Positions 10,794-25,527 of a DNA stretch of 64,000 nt are shown piece after piece. Origin of the DNA: Chrysemys picta bellii (lineage: Eukaryota); assembly GCF_011386835.1 (NCBI RefSeq), contig NC_088794.1, positions 56,854,001 through 56,918,000 on the forward strand. The letters are read 5' to 3'. Below the pieces are notes generated by a model, which worked only from the letters and a program-made list of their open reading frames with translations, was not told the DNA's origin and did no database searches. Position 1 is the first letter of the stretch. Every line of letters begins with the position of its first letter. Position numbers and translations under genes: made by a program.

Positions 10794-13700
10794 TTTTAAA
10801 CAAAGAGATGCACAAGAACAAGGCAGCAGGCACTCAGGAGACTCTTGATGGGGAAGAAAAGAGCCTTCGCTGGAGTGTTTAATACCCCAGCTCCAACTGA
10901 GCTGCACTTACAGCCACCTGAACATCCTCCCCTGCGAGCAGGGACGTGGATACAGGTACAGGACTTGTGTCTTGCAGTGTGCTGGCTTCAGCTAACGGAG
11001 CAGCGCACGCAGCCCCAGGGGCCCAAACAGACCCCACGTTGCATAAAGTGCAGCCTAGAGCCAGGAAGCAATAAAGGGTCAATGGGGCAAGGGAGCAGCC
11101 CAGGACATTCGCTCAGGGTGCAAGTGAATGTGCAAAACGGAGGGTCTCCCAGCCCTGATGGAGGGACTGGGGCATTCTCTGGGGCCACTACAGCTCCAGG
11201 CAGAAGCCCTAGAGCGGAGAAACAGGCAGAGGGGAGGATGGTTCTGATGTCTTCCCTGCATCACAGAGTGTCCCCTCTCACTCCACTAACTGCAGAGGGT
11301 TTCCCAGGCAGGATTTCTCTTGCCGCCCACGTATCTGCTGCTTTTCTTCCATGAATTAATACAGTGCATGCTACTCTCCCTGGAAAGCACTTCCTTCCCA
11401 TTAACCCTCCCTCTGCTAGGGAGAGAGACAACCCCAGAAAATTCTGAATTCACAGAGGGAAAAGCAAGAACTAGAGAAAAGGGGAACACGAGCCCCCTTT
11501 ATTGCCTGCAAAGGGGTTTCTGCCACTCGGCTGCACAGCTGCTGCTGGAGAACCAAGCTCATAAGCTCACCCCATGGAGCTCTTGATCCAGACAGGCATA
11601 GCAGCAGGAATTCCTGCCTGGGCCTGTGTGAGCTAGTGGAGCTGAGACGATGTTTCAGTGTACGGCCCCCACAGGAAATGGAATTCATTCTAGAGATCAA
11701 TGCCATGAAGCGGCACCAGGCCTGTTGTCCTGGGGAGATTGTTCACTGTAGCTTACGTAGCTCAGCTTTCAGACATGACACATACGATACCGGCTGCTAG
11801 TGGGCTTCCCGTGGCAGTTCCTCACTTTAATTACAGATGAGACACAAATAAACTACCTTAAGAGAACAGCAAGGCTGCTAAGTCACGTGCTCAGAATTTT
11901 GGAAGTAGCAGAATTAAGGTTGTCCCTGGAGCTTGCTCACTACAGGTGGAATCTTTAGTTTGACAGAGAAATTCTCTGAACAAGTCTCTAATGAGCACAT
12001 GAGAAAGATTATTTGGAGTCTTCGATCTTGGTCTAATTTTCATGGTGAGAGCAAAAGGCACATCCCTGACACGAGGGCGAACCACAAGGTCAATTACAAG
12101 TTCCTGTTCCCAAGCATAGAAGTGCTAGAACTTCTCAATGAAACACTCTTTTGTTATGGAAACACATGGGCAAAACCATTTTTCCTTAGTCTCATTTTAG
12201 AAACTTGTTCTTGGAAACGGTTTTAGCTGAAACTTTAAAAAAAAAATCAGCCTGAGAAAGACACCTGGCCAGGGACATTTCAGCCTGAATGGCTGAAGTT
12301 TGGCGAAGTCTCTCTCTGGGCTACTTTGAGTGAAGATGTTGGACTCAGATTTAGCTCAGGCCTCCTTAGGACAGTGTAACGTGGATCCAGATGCGACTCT
12401 GCTGTACTACCCATAGCAGGACCCCCAAAGTAGCAAGTGGACCCTCCTAGCGCCAACATCTGCTGAGGGGCTGAATTTCCAGGCCCCTCCCCTGCTAGCC
12501 AAGGGAGGCTTGGCACAAACCCGTGCATCGAGTAGCTTTGCTCACGTGGTCCTGACACGTTGTCATCTTAGAACATTGGTGTCTAGAACAGGAAGAGTAG
12601 CTGTGCGAAGTGGGGAGATGTTAACGATATCAAACCAAACCGTCCTAGCATAAAGGAGAGATCCCAACAGCCCCAGCTGGCAGGGGGTAAACTATCCCAC
12701 ACTGAGTACCAGCCCCCAAAGCCAGATTCCAGCACAGTCACGCTCCACACAGGAAAGGGGCCTCGTTACAGAAAAGCATCGGACTTGGTGGGAAGATCAG
12801 GCCCCTGCCATTGATTCTGCAGCGCAAGGCTCAGCACCCAGTTACCCTGCAGGAAGGACGAGGGGAGAGCAGGTTCTGTGGTGCAGTTACTTTTTCTGCC
12901 CCCAGCGGGATGGTTACAGGAAAGTCATTGGCCTATTTAAAGACTGTTAGTCATTTCCTCAGCTGCCAATTCCCAGGGGCTTGTAAGAACTGGATTCAAG
13001 GAATAGAACCAGGCAGTGATTGCACCCGAATGCAGCCAGAGCTGTCGGGGCTCAGAACGATGCTGCCCATTACAGACCCACTCTGGGGGCTGTTGTATAT
13101 TAGGGGAGGGTTTTGCTTGGTGCATTTCCTAAATGTAAATGTTCACACTTCATGTCGGTTTTGTTTTTTGAAAACAAATCCTGAGCTTTCTGCTCCCTTC
13201 CTTGGTAGAGCATCCCGGGTGCCCAAAGCATGTTCAGATCCCATGGGGACGGGTAACCCAGCTACAACTCTAGACTGTCAGTTGCTCACTGGGCTACTGC
13301 AAAACCCAAAGCCAGTTCCATACACACCTCCGTGCTGTTAAACTGCACCGTGTCTGGGGCAAGGCTTGGCTGGCAAGGTACACAGCACAATGGAGCTCCA
13401 CGCCCCGGCAACTGCAAGAGAATAATCAGATCACGGCCACCGTTTTTAAAGGCAGCCTGGAGTGTCTCTATGTAGACACTGTCCAGTGGCTTGAAGTTTT
13501 TGCACCAAGGCTGAGCACTTCTCGGTAAGGTCACTGGAAGCCCTGGCCTGATGGGAGACTGGCAATGTGCCGTGACCGAGCCAATGTAGGCAGCCATTCG
13601 TGACAGCTAACTTTGCATCATGCGTTGCTACGCTTTGAACAATTGTTCTATAGCTGCAAGTTGCAGGATGAGACTTACAGGCACTGAATACAGGTAGCAA

Positions 13701-15088
13701 ACAGCAGGGGTCACTTTTCACACCAGCCAGGCTGTTCCCATTTATTAATGCTAAAAATGGAAAAATTGGCCATTGTGGGTCCAACCAAGGGGGTTGATTG
13801 GTCTATTTCTGTACATGGAATTTCCATAGTTATGCACCTGGTGGTCATGAACTTCACATTATCCTAAGCACAAGGATAATTTGTCTCTGCCACCTTGGGC
13901 CTGTCTCCTCTCAAGAGTGTAGATTCTCTGGGGGCAGGGACTATCTCATGTGTACAGCACCCACCACAAGGACCTCATCTCAGTTGGGTGTTACCAGAAA
14001 TTTAAAAAAAGCAAACCCCTTAATAGAAAGACAGAAGCCACGTGGGGAGTTACTCTAGAGGTTCACTGCACTGAGTGGATGTTGCAGATGCATTGGTACC
14101 CGGACAGCAATGCATTTTATAGATCAATGATTGTTTTAACCCATCAGCAGCAACCTGTCCCCATAGGCATTTTCTCCCCCAAGATGTGGCTCAGCTTTTA
14201 GGGAAAACACCAGACACAGCTTGATCCAAATCATGATTCATCAGGTGTGTCGCTGCCCAAGGGCTGGCACAGGATATCTTCGCTCTCCTTCCAAATGAGG
14301 CATATGAAGATGAAAGCGAGAGAGAACGCCTGAAGGAGCAGCCCGAGCCCCACGTCACTTCGATCCCGCACGCTCTGCTGAAGCTCAGCCCATGGCAACA
14401 GCATCAGTGTTTCTTGTCTTGATTAATAGGAGGGAGGAAGACAGTCCAGACAGCCGTCACTGTGTTGGGATTACCCCTTTCACCTTACTAAGGAATGAAG
14501 GGCCTTCACTTATACCTCACCCTCGCTCTTGGGCAGAGGGCAACATTTTCGCATTTAGGTACCTAAATTTAGACATCCACATTTAGGCAGCTAAGTAGAA
14601 GCAGCCTGATTTTCAGAAATGCCAAGCACCCACAGCTGCTAATGGCTTCACAGAGTGGTGGGGAAGTCAATGGGACCTGACCGTTCAGGACCGAGGTAAG
14701 AGCCTCAATGCAGTCAGTGTCTGTTCCATGTTGTATTGAGCTGTAACGCTTGGAGGACCTTTCCCGGCCCCGCAGAAGAGCTCTGTGTAGCTTGAAAGCT
14801 TGTCTCTCTCGCCAGCAGAAATGGGTCCAATAAGAGAGTACCTCACCCACCTTGTCTCACAAATCACACTTTTCACATATGGACAGTGAGCGTCTGAAAA
14901 GACATCACACTCTGATGTTGATGGGTTTTGCCAGTAACTGGGCCAATCAGAGTAAATCACTTAATAGTTTTATTTTTGCCTATGAAAACGTGCAGGTTTC
15001 TTCCCAATATGTCACCACACCACCAACTTCCCATGTTAAGCTTCTCTGATTTCAACCCGAGTATTTCACGCAGATGTCAACACCGCAA

Positions 15089-15330
15089 TTTAAGTCTGAC
15101 CACAGCATGTACATACCTCGGCTAGCTGTCGTCTAGCCATCTTGGATACCAACAGCAGCAAAACCACTGCAGCATGGACTTCAGACGGGCTAGCTACACA
15201 GGTATGATATACCCTGGATCCTGGACAAGGTTGGACCGCCTGTGCTGAAGACTATGCTGCTGCGGCTTTACTGTTATTGGAGCTAGCTAGATCAAAACTA
15301 GCTCAGGTGTGTCTGCAGTGTAGACATATC
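15089..15330. mobile_element. Old Harbinger-type MITE
   Basis: Right end CTGCAGTGTAGACATA resembles the AGTGTAGAC TIR. Internal GCTAGC-rich repeats are typical of turtle MITEs. Confidence 0.45.
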
Positions 15331-16936
15331 CAGAGTCCTCCAGGCCAGGGTGAGATCCCAGGCCCAGCAGTACCTCTGCACGTGGACAGCATTGCCAACA
15401 CTTGCAGTTTAATCAGAAGTCTCATGATATTTGTTGTTTTAAAGCCCAAGCTCCTGGCGTCTTGTGATCACACAAGCAGCTTAGCTTTTGTTTCTAGCCT
15501 TCATGGACAGAAAGGCTTGAAAATAGGATGCCCTAAAGGTTCTGAAAACAGAAGGTAAATGGACACTGAAAAATTATTTTTATCTCAAATATATGAGGCC
15601 TGGCTCATGACTTGAGCATGTGGGGTTGGCAGTACTGCAGGGTTCACTCCAATACCTCAATATCAGAAGAGGTAGCTAACCTATGGTATGAAAACCCTCA
15701 GCAAAAGTAGCCTGTAACCAGCATGCTGGCTCCCTAAGCCAAATATATGCAGTCTTGTGACGAATTCTTAAACCTCATAAGTGGCAGGAACATTTCCAGT
15801 GGAAAGAGGAACCGGGAGAAACCAAGTGGAAGGGAAGAAAAAGGGAGAGATACAAGAGAAGGAGACAGAAACAAAATAAAATGGGATGCAGACACTCCAG
15901 GGAGGGAGAAAAGAACTAGCAGGGAAGGAAGAGGGGGAATGGAAACCGGGAATCACTTAGCATGAATGTGAGTTGAATGCTACTGGTCCCCACTTGCAAA
16001 CCTGGGTGCCTAAATCCATGTTTAGGGCACAAAAATAGCAGCCTGATTTGCTGAGGTGCCGAGCACCCACAAACCCCACTGCAGAGCCTGGGAACTGCAG
16101 GCACTCAGCACTTCTGATAACCAGGCTGCTTTTATTAAGGTCCCTCCCCATGGATTTTTAGGAACCTAACTTTAGGTCCCTGGGTTTGAAAGTGTTTGTC
16201 ATGCTGATATGTTGTCATGGTCTAATCTAGACCTAGGGGGCTGGGTGGGGAGGAAGGCAGGGTCCTACCCCTGGAAGTGTGGAGGTGTATTTAAAAGGGA
16301 CAGGCCCATAAAGCTTGGCTAGTGGCCCATCTCCTTGTGCTAATGAACATCCTAGTGCAGGGTGCAAACTGCCATGAGCTAATGCAAAGATGGGACACCT
16401 CTGGGAAATGCTGAACGTTCCTCTTAAGCTTCACTGCTCCACCTGATTCCACAGTCAATAACTGATGGCTACAATTTCACTCCCCTGTATGTGTTCCTAA
16501 GTCTGTCCTCTCCACTGAACAACAGCTGTACTGTCATTCAGGCCTGGCCCCGGTCCCACTTTTACCCCAGAATTAAGGGATGGGTTTCCACCTTTTCCAG
16601 GTCTACTCCCCTGCCCCCCAAAAAACTCGAGCATTTCTCACTCTTCTTACTGCCTTGTATGCAGGGTCTGAGCAGCTGCTTTGCAGAGGTTGTCCTTGAA
16701 GCTGCTTATGGTGCATAGCTCAATTGCATATCTTATTGTTAAAGGTGAACTAGTGCTCTTAGAAACATCCTCCATCCATAAAGTGGTAACAAAGGGCCTT
16801 TGCTTGGAAGAAGTTGGGTTTTGTTTAACGACAAAAATCAGAATGACGGAGATCTCACTCCCCTCTTTTTGCTGGGGAACTGAACCCGACTGTTCGTTAT
16901 TAGAACGTTACTGAACTAGAATAACTGTGCTCCCAA

Positions 16937-17114
16937 TAGAATCATAGAATACCAGGGTTGGAAGGGACCTCAGGAGGTCATCTAGTCCAACCCCCTGCTC
17001 AAAGCAGGACCAATCCCCAGACAGATTTTTACCCCAGTTCCCTAAATGGCCCCCTCAAGGATTGAACTCTCAACCCTGGGTTTAGCAGGCCAACGCTCAA
17101 ATCACTGAGCTATC
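16937..17114 (-). mobile_element. Tortoise Pol III/SINE (tRNA-derived head, CR1-derived tail)
   Basis: Minus strand has A-box TAGCTCAGTG, B-box GAGTTCAATCC, and tail GGACTAGATGACCTCCTGAGGTCCCTTCCAACCCTGGTATTCTATGATTCTA. Confidence 0.92.
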
Positions 17115-17489
17115 TAAATACAGGGACAAACTGGTCAGTTACCCCAGATCAAATTAAACAACAAACATGAATCAGTCTTTCCCAGGGAGGTCACAATGGG
17201 CTGAAGCCAGAACTGGAGCTTGTCCTGCTCTCAAGTGAGTCAGGACCAGGTATTTCTATTGCAAAAAAAGAAAACCAGAAGGAAATTTCTGGTAAGCCTT
17301 TGAGACACACGGGAGTGATAAAGGGGACAGAACGTTTTCTGTGCTTTTAACTTCATCTTTAATGTAAGAGGCTCAGCAGAAGGGAAAGACCCATCCCAAG
17401 TCTAACCTACCCAGTGTCTGGTTAACTGGGGGCGGAGGGAGAATCATCAGGTCTGTTTTGCACCATTCTACACCCTGCTAGACAGACAG

Positions 17490-20400
17490 AGGCAAAAGTT
17501 AAAACACTGTTTTATTTTATCCATTTATAAATACTGTTGTGTTTACAAGCATCATATAGCTGTGAATATTATTCCCAAACTTTCAAACACATAATACTAT
17601 ATAACAACAACCAGTAAAACAAATCATTCGTCTCAGGGTTTGAAAGGCCACTCAAAGTTGCATAAAAATACATTCTTCCCCACCATTTCATAAGCTTTCT
17701 CCAAGTAGTGTATTTACAACGAGCTGTAAAACTCTCCTTACGAAAGGTAAGTACAGCACACGTACTGCTTGGAAAGGTGACGCACCGACCCCACAGTCAA
17801 TTCATCTCTTCCAAGGGTTAGCATTCGAGGGGTGAGCGTGGCAAACGCCTGGCTTCCTCGACAGGATATGCTCAGGAAAACGAAGCTCACCATGTGTTTT
17901 GCCCTGCTGCAGCCAGAGCATTGCCCAGGGAACTATTTAAAGAACCACATCAATCAAGTAACCAATTCTCACCCCAGGCAGAATTAGGGGATTGGCCTTT
18001 AGGGGAAAGAGACTGAAGGAGGAAGAAGAATCAACCCTAAAGCTGGTCTGAATTTCAGGTGCAGCCTTCTGTGAACTGCTCATGGGCCGGAGACTCCACA
18101 GTACCTCAAAGCTGGGTCTAACTACAAACACTGCAGTGAACTAAGCAGTCATTCAGGAAATTGGCATTGCGGATTTCTTCCAACCCTATTTCACCCCCCC
18201 TTTTTTTTAAAGGCCATTTTACTTTCTAAGCTAGAACCCACTTCAGCTCCCACATCAATCCGTCTTTTCAGAGGGCAGTGAAAGCAGAGAGAGTCGAGGA
18301 GAAATACCGGTTCTAAACAGTTTCAGGAGCTGCTCTGTGCTTCTGGATGGTAACAGTGCAATGGGAAAGGGAATAACCAAGATGGAAGTATGGAAAAAGG
18401 GAACCTACTGCAAAACAAAGGATCGTGAATCCAGCCAGAGTCGATTTGGAAGTGTCAGACAAGAACTCCAGCTTCAGAGATTCCTCTCACCAATGACAGC
18501 TGCAAAGCTCGGACAGTCTTCATTCTCTTCGCCTTCCTGCAGTCTAGTAACGCTGATCAGCCTGTTAACAGCAACAGCAGGCCGACATAGGCCTTCCACA
18601 GCTTGCATTCACGGAGAGTGATCAGTCACTGCCAGATCCTTTTACCCCGGAACAACTGCAGGTGAAGCTCAGACTGGGGGCAAGACAATTCTTCCTCCCT
18701 CTGAAATGAGCTCTGGACAAGTCTATGCAAGAGAACTCCCCGGTGCATCAAAAGACCTGACCGCTAGCTAGCAAAAGGGAGCATTTCTTCAGGATGTTAT
18801 TGCCAAGGACACAAAACTAAGCAACCCTATAGACCGATGCTGGCGGCTCTGAATTAGGGAAGGCCTGTATGGTTAGAACACATACCTTTTCCACACAGCC
18901 ATATTTTGTGGACCACCTCTGAATTCTGTTCAGCATCACAAAGATCCCAGACCTAGATTAGTTTTCAACACCCAAATGTGGTAAGGATAGCTCCCATGCT
19001 GGCTCAGTGCAAATCGGCACATTATTTATCCCAGCGAGGTCACTTGGAATTTTTCGGGCGGTTCCCTCACTCAGAGCCAGGAAGAAGGAGAGAACATTTA
19101 AGCACTATGAGCATATTGGCAGTGCAATAGCCTAGAAAAAGCAATAGGAGCTACGGCCTTTGGTGGAGGAGGACAGGAAAGGAGAGAGAAGTGGAAACTT
19201 TAAAGCATATGTACAACATGACCAGCATTTCAAAGCGCGGCCTGAGACTCCGTTACCCTTGGAAGTTAGACTCTACCTAGCTGATGGATGAATGAGACAA
19301 ATCCAGGAAAACCTAGCCTTCATCTCTGAGGGCTTATCGGTTGCTGGAGACTCGCCCTAGGTATTGCAGTCAGCAAGGAGAATGTCCTCTATTAGCAATG
19401 GCAAGATTTATTCAACCTATCCCGGGCAAACATGGGGAAGTTCTTACCAGCTCGCTCAGCCCCAAGCATGATGGGCAGAATCAGGGTTGGAACATCCTTT
19501 CCCCTGCAGGGGGCTGAAGTGTGTTATGGATTGACAAGCTTTGTACAGAATGGCTTTGAAAACAACCTAACTTGCTTCCCACCAACTAGACTCGAGCACA
19601 ATAGTTCACTAGCCCAGATTAGCAGACTTCATTCTGAGACATTTCCACAATGCACATAATCCGGATGCCTTTAAATCAGGTCCTTCCAGAGTTGGGACTG
19701 AACTGAATTTCACCAATGGACACATCATAATTCAAAGAGAGTAGTACAATACCTGCGTCACATGCACTTTGTCAACTGATTGATTATTGGTCATACTCCA
19801 GTGTCTTATGACTGATAGCTGTAATGGCCGGTGAACGCCCAAACCAATTATCTGCCGCACTTTATGATGAAATGGAAGTGCTGTAAAATTACCTGGAGAC
19901 TGTGCCAGCCAATCCAATTTCTGTATGGCCGACTTATTCACTGATGAAAACTAAAAAGACACAAAAACCCTTAACCAGTCTGAAACCAGCTTATTCGTAA
20001 GAGTGCAGTACACTTATAAAAACCTGCACCACTGCAGATAAGTTGCTCTCTGATTGGCTGAGGCACATTTGGCCTGCTCTCTAGACTAATCAATTCACTA
20101 CTTCAACACACAGCAGATCAATATTGGTACAGCGAGCTGCTGTCACTATTGTCCCACATCAATATCCATTAGATAAAATCTCCAGTCACATGGTATAACA
20201 GAACTGAAGCCACACTGACAATACACCTATCCTATACAGGTTCCGCTTTGCCTGTGTTCTCTTTTTAGAAAAATGCATTGTCCTTTAATAGCTCAGAGGT
20301 CACTCCCGTGCAATGACCTCCAAATCATTCACGTTTACTCAAAAATATGAACGCCCACCTTAATCTCCAGCCAATACAGCCCATCACTCCAGATCTGTCC

Positions 20401-23400
20401 CACATTAGCAGCTTTCAAGACTAGCTACATTCCCTATGCAAGTGGAGAGTGCTTTTTTGCAAACTCCAACACCCCAGGTACCCCTCTTAGCAAGCCTTCG
20501 ATTTCACCCAAAACTCACCTTTGACAAACAGACCCGCTCCCACTTCAATAAACCCTGGTTTCCCAATTTGTGAGCAATGAAACTGAAACCCGCTCAAGAA
20601 CATTTCTTCCTCATTTCAGGTTATGTCTGTGGCCCTTTGTTACCTACATGGCCCAGCTAGTCAAAGGCAGAGTTGCACAGAGCTCGCAGCATAAGGATTT
20701 ATAAGAGATATGCAAGCACTTCAAAAGGTGCGAGGCTATTTCTGAAGTTCAGCTTTGATGCAAGTCTTTTGTGGGTGGGAAAGTAGCTGTAAGAGGCAGA
20801 GGACTCCTCTCTCAATTTAAACAGAATTCTCACACACACCCTGCACTTTCCACCTTTCCCAAGTGTGTTTAGAACACACAGATCTAAACTTCCACGTTTT
20901 CCTCCTCACCAAATTTCTATTTGACAGAAAATTCTAGGAGTCACTGCAATGCTAGGTCATCCTTGCATACAACCTGGCTAAAATCTAATCCTTGCATGCC
21001 GAAAAATGGAGCAATTTTTATGCAGAAGAAACACTTCTCTAGATTTCACTGCCAGTTAAAAAGACAGGTGTGAATTCTGCTTGTTATGGGGAAATAATTT
21101 ACCAGGAAAGCCTGCTAGATAAATTAAGAAGCACATTAAAACTGTCCTTGAAAGCTACTGCAGCTGCAAGTTATGCTAAGTTTCTTGGATAAAAATCGGT
21201 TCACCCCCAAGCAATTGCTTGGAAAAAGCTCTAGTGCGTTCTAGAGGAGAACGCTGGCAAATGCTATGGATTAAAATAGGGAACATTTAAAAAAAACTGC
21301 ACCCTGCCTTGAGCGTAGAAAGCTGGGTGTCTTGCTTCGTATCTCCTCAGTGGGATAGTTAAGTCAGCAAAGGTCAACTGAGCCCCAGAAACATTCTGAC
21401 CGAGTCGGTGTACAACAGTATTGTATCATCATGAAATGCTTGTAGCTCTGGCTAGTCAATGACATTAAATTTTTATTCTGAGTTCTAGCCTAGACAGATA
21501 TTAGGATGATAAACCTAGTGCTAAACAGACACCTAATTTAAAGTGTCTTGGCTTCACATGGTACAACATGAGATTCATGCCTCTTGCATCCCATATTACC
21601 TATTGCAGATTCTTCGTTAGGAAGAAGTGCAGTAAAGAAGAAGGATTCCCTGAATTTTGTCTTTTTAATGGTCCAGGTAGGTAGTGGCAAACTCATAGTG
21701 CAGAATGGAATACTGCAGACTGGAGTATTGAAAAAACAGACAGTGGTTCTTGTCCAATGGAAAACATGTTGATGAGAGACTCGCAATAGCATACCAGTCA
21801 GCTGAAAGGCATTGCTCTCCGTAGCCCACTGACAGGTGTAGAACCTCTACCTCCATATACATAGGAAGTGAGCAAGTTCCTGTCGCATCTAGACTTAACA
21901 GTCCAAATCTGAAGCAAGCAGTGGGCCATAAAATGAAAATTCCAGGGGGATGGGGAAAACCCCAGAGAACAAGTGCTTACTAGAGGAGAGCAGCGCTTGG
22001 ATAAGGTGTGAGGAATTAAACCAGATAAGCATTTGCCCATTTTAATTCCGGATGCTATGAAGTTCTAGAAGGAATAAAATGGATCCCTGGCTCAGAGACA
22101 GTGCTATGCAGAAGGCCCAGGTGCCATGATTGGCTTTGATATCTTCACCTCCGGACTAGATGTGTTACAGTTGCATCAACTCAATGCATTCGGAGGAAAA
22201 GTGATGTCTCGCGTCACACACAAGCGATGCCACTGAGGCTGCTCTTGTCATCCTGCTCAGCTGAGAGGATGGTGGATGCACCACAGTAGCTGGAGAGTAG
22301 GTGCAAAACCAAGTTTTGGATACAAAAAATAGAAGGGAGAGAAGAAAATTTGCCTCAGGCCAACACCTACTGATGCAATAACCAAGATGCTAAAGACAGA
22401 GTTAGACTTTACCCTGTTGAGCAATGATGAGAATAATATCCATGTTCAAGTTACTCATCTGTCCCTGTCAATATAGTGGCTAGACTCACATCTTCTGCGC
22501 CAGCGCTGGAATCTCTGAACAAGGAGGGTCCTTTCCCGAACCCACCACGAGTAGTCCTCTAACGGTAGGCTCAGCAGATGTGTTAACAAGTTAATGCCCG
22601 GCTTCCACTGGAAGCTAGAAAGAGACGTGTGTAACATCTGGAGGAGTCACCTTCTTAATGCCCTTGGAAGTGAACACTTCCAAATTGTTCCAAGTACACA
22701 GGACATGAAAGAGCCCTTTGAGGTTTTCATCCAGGTCAAATCCTGTTGCTAGCTTCCAGCAATCAAAACAGTTTACCCCACAGATCTGGTTACCAGTACA
22801 CACCCCAAAACTGGCTCATTCTGGCCACTATTAAATGAAAACAGTTACACCCTCTAATGACATGGAGCTGGCAACTGATCATTGCTTAAGGTTTCTCAAC
22901 CTTGCTGTATTAGCTGTGTCAGGATTTGCCATCGAAGGCCGGGCTATCCTTTTTGTAGCCAAATACAGCCTCTCCACCCTCTCCCCTTTAAAGCCAACTC
23001 AAAATACACCTGTATTTTCATTCGTTTTTGCTCTTGTTGGAAATTAAAACAAGTACACCAGACATCTGCTCCGAGTACTTTGCAGGGTGCTATCCTGTAA
23101 GTAACACTAACAGACAAATGCTCATCCTGTTGCTACTGGAAGATGATGGGGGTTGGTTACTTGTGCATGCGTACCTCCCCGCATGGATATTCACACCCAG
23201 ATTTGTTACATGTGCATGTGAGGGCAGCGGGTGACCTCTGCTGCTTCAGTTTCTCTTTCATCAGAGACCCCGGCCAATATCAGCAATGAATCTTATCCCA
23301 AGAGGAAAGAGCCCAGATGCAATTGGCAGATGCTATTACCTGGATAGTAACCGAGACAGCAACTGTGGAAGGAGTACAGAGTGAGCCACGATTGCCTGGG

Positions 23401-24103
23401 CTGCAGAAATGAAGCATGGGCAAAGGTCGGGAGGGGGAGGGGGGGGTCTGAAACTGGGATTCAGAAATGAAGATAGCAAACAGATTTAAAATCGTAAGAA
23501 TAGAGTCAGCTACTGGGACGACAGGAGAACAGAGCCTCCGTGCAAAGCAGCTGTCGTCACAGTCTGTCACAGAAACGAGCCCCCGTGGCTTTCACAGCAT
23601 CACATTGTAACCGGACCCCCAACGCCAAGTGGGCAGCTGACGTACACCCTCAGTGTGACAACTCCCGCTCATGTCCCCCCGCCCCCAGCTACAAAGGTTC
23701 TGGACCCGTCGGATCACTTCTACAGAGTCATTTCTGTATCGCTTATTACAGTAGAAGCTTCTCTGCTCCAGACTGGAGTCCAATGTGGACAAGGCTGGGT
23801 TTGTGGCAGGAAGTTTTGGCAGCTCAAACCCAGCTCTCATGTCTCTTTTCCCCTTGAATAAAATGTCCAAGATACCACGACATGCTTAAATTAAAATAAT
23901 AAAATGGCAGGGGGTGCATTCAGAGGGGTGCTAAGGGAATGTACAATGAGGGGACGGGATGGGGGAGTGCGAGGCGCATTGTTCCCACGGCTGAAAGGCT
24001 TGCTGTACTTTTGATTGGAGGGCAAGAGGCGGTTGGGGGCTGGGTGGCAGGGTTGGCAGCTTGTGCACAGAAGCCCCCTCCTTCCTTCCTTCCCTCCGAC
24101 GTC
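17490..24103 (-). other. PPP1R12B: Putative long PPP1R12B 3'UTR (~6.6 kb)
   Basis: Lies between the leucine-zipper stop codon and the AATAAA at 17511. Markedly poor in recognisable TEs compared with the introns. Confidence 0.6.
17511..17516 (-). terminator. PPP1R12B: Candidate PPP1R12B polyadenylation signal
   Basis: AATAAA on minus at the end of an AU-rich block. Downstream TTTTGCCTCTGTCTGTCT is U/GU-rich. A Pumilio element TGTAAATA lies at 17711-17718 (-). Confidence 0.7.
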
Positions 24104-24190
24104 CTACTTGGAGAGTTTGCTGATGACACGGATGAGTGCTCCATTTTCATCTTTCAGCCTCTGATTGTCAGACTTCAGCTCTGTCAAAAC
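24104..24190 (-). CDS. PPP1R12B: PPP1R12B terminal leucine-zipper coding exon
   Basis: Acceptor ctttgtgcag, then [28 protein letters not shown], the MYPT2 C-terminus. Confidence 0.97.
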   Translation of the reverse strand, partial: VLTELKSDNQRLKDENGALIRVISKLSK

Positions 24191-24775
24191 CTGCACAAAG
24201 ACAAAGGCAGGGGAAGAGTTACACAGCTCATTGTTACGGTCACAAAAGCCTCACCAGGCTAATGGGAGCCAGCGGCCGGTGGAAAGGAACATACACACTG
24301 AATTACAGCAGTCCAGGAGACTCAAAGCTGGAGTGACAGGGGATGAGCGCGGAGTGCTTTCAGTACCGAACACTTCCCATCTGCTGCTTGCTGGGGGCAG
24401 TCAGCACATTTATGAGATTTTCCAAAACCCTCTGCAATTCTGATCAGCCCTTTCGAGAAATGGGAACAGGTGCGGCTACGGAGGCAGCTCTCTGGACAAG
24501 CCAAAGGACCCAGAGTGGGAGGTTCGGAGACAGCATTCTTTCTTAAAGTTACGCCAGCACTACATGAAATGAGTTAAGCAGCAGGACAAAGGCAGGGCTA
24601 GGATGAGGGAATCATTTTAGAGCTTGATCATTAGATCGTGAATTGATTGCCAATGGCTAGTTATGATTGACAGACTGACTGAGGGTGACCTGAAGTATTT
24701 TTAGAAAGTTACGTGCATGCCCTGTTTTTGCCTCTTTATGGTAGACAAAGGAAACCGGAAAGGTTTATGTTAATA

Positions 24776-24937
24776 GCGTCCACACTATGCTCTCCCATTG
24801 CCTCCCACTACTCTTCTCGATCTAGTGGAGTACAGGAGTTGACGGGAGAGCAATCTGCGGTTGATTTATCAGGTCTTCACTAAACCCGCTAAATTGTCCG
24901 CCGATGCGTCGATCCCTGGGTAAGTGTAGACAAGCCC
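24776..24937. mobile_element. Truncated Harbinger MITE
   Basis: Right TIR AGTGTAGACAAGCCC followed by TTA. Left end is degenerate. Confidence 0.6.
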
Positions 24938-25527
24938 TTAGTAAAAAATCAGATGCAAGTCTGGTCATCCCTGACTTTTCTGGAGGATCTGAGGGCTGTG
25001 TATTGCAAGTTTTCATACTGCACCTGAAGGAGGAAGACATTGACAGAGCAAATCCTTCCTGTGGAAGCAGAAATTCCTGTATAGTGTTCATTAGTAATTT
25101 CAGTTAATAGGTGTTAAAATCAAAACAGTAGTGGACTATTCCCTTCCCCTCTTGGGATGTCATTGCACCAGACCTCCGGGGTAAACAGTATGTTTTCAAA
25201 GCCTTTCGGGTACGGCCACACAAAGCTGAAAGGGTCACAAACCCATTTTTCCCCTGCCAAGTCAGAAATTCCAGGTAGAGGACAGGGCAGTTTACATCCA
25301 ACAAGATTAGTCTTGTCTACACTAAACTGTGCTATGAAAAAATTCTCATGGATCACACTGGTATAGATTAAGCGCTGGACTCATGGCTGCCACAATCGAT
25401 TGAAAACCGGATAGGTTGAGGACAACGATAGGCAACACTGATAAGTTATCCATGTCAATTAATATCAATGTCGAGATGGATTTTAAAAACCTGGGAAAGT
25501 CCCCCAAACAAAATCACAAATCTTTAA

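Noticed and set aside
12619-12770. TGTTAACGA...TCGTTACA segment resembling a tiny solo LTR
   Set aside because: No matching target-site duplication, and no TATA or poly(A) signal.
14552-14570. Palindrome ATTTAGGTACCTAAAT
   Set aside because: A common motif of an abundant old turtle repeat (similar to 15960-16200), not locus-specific.
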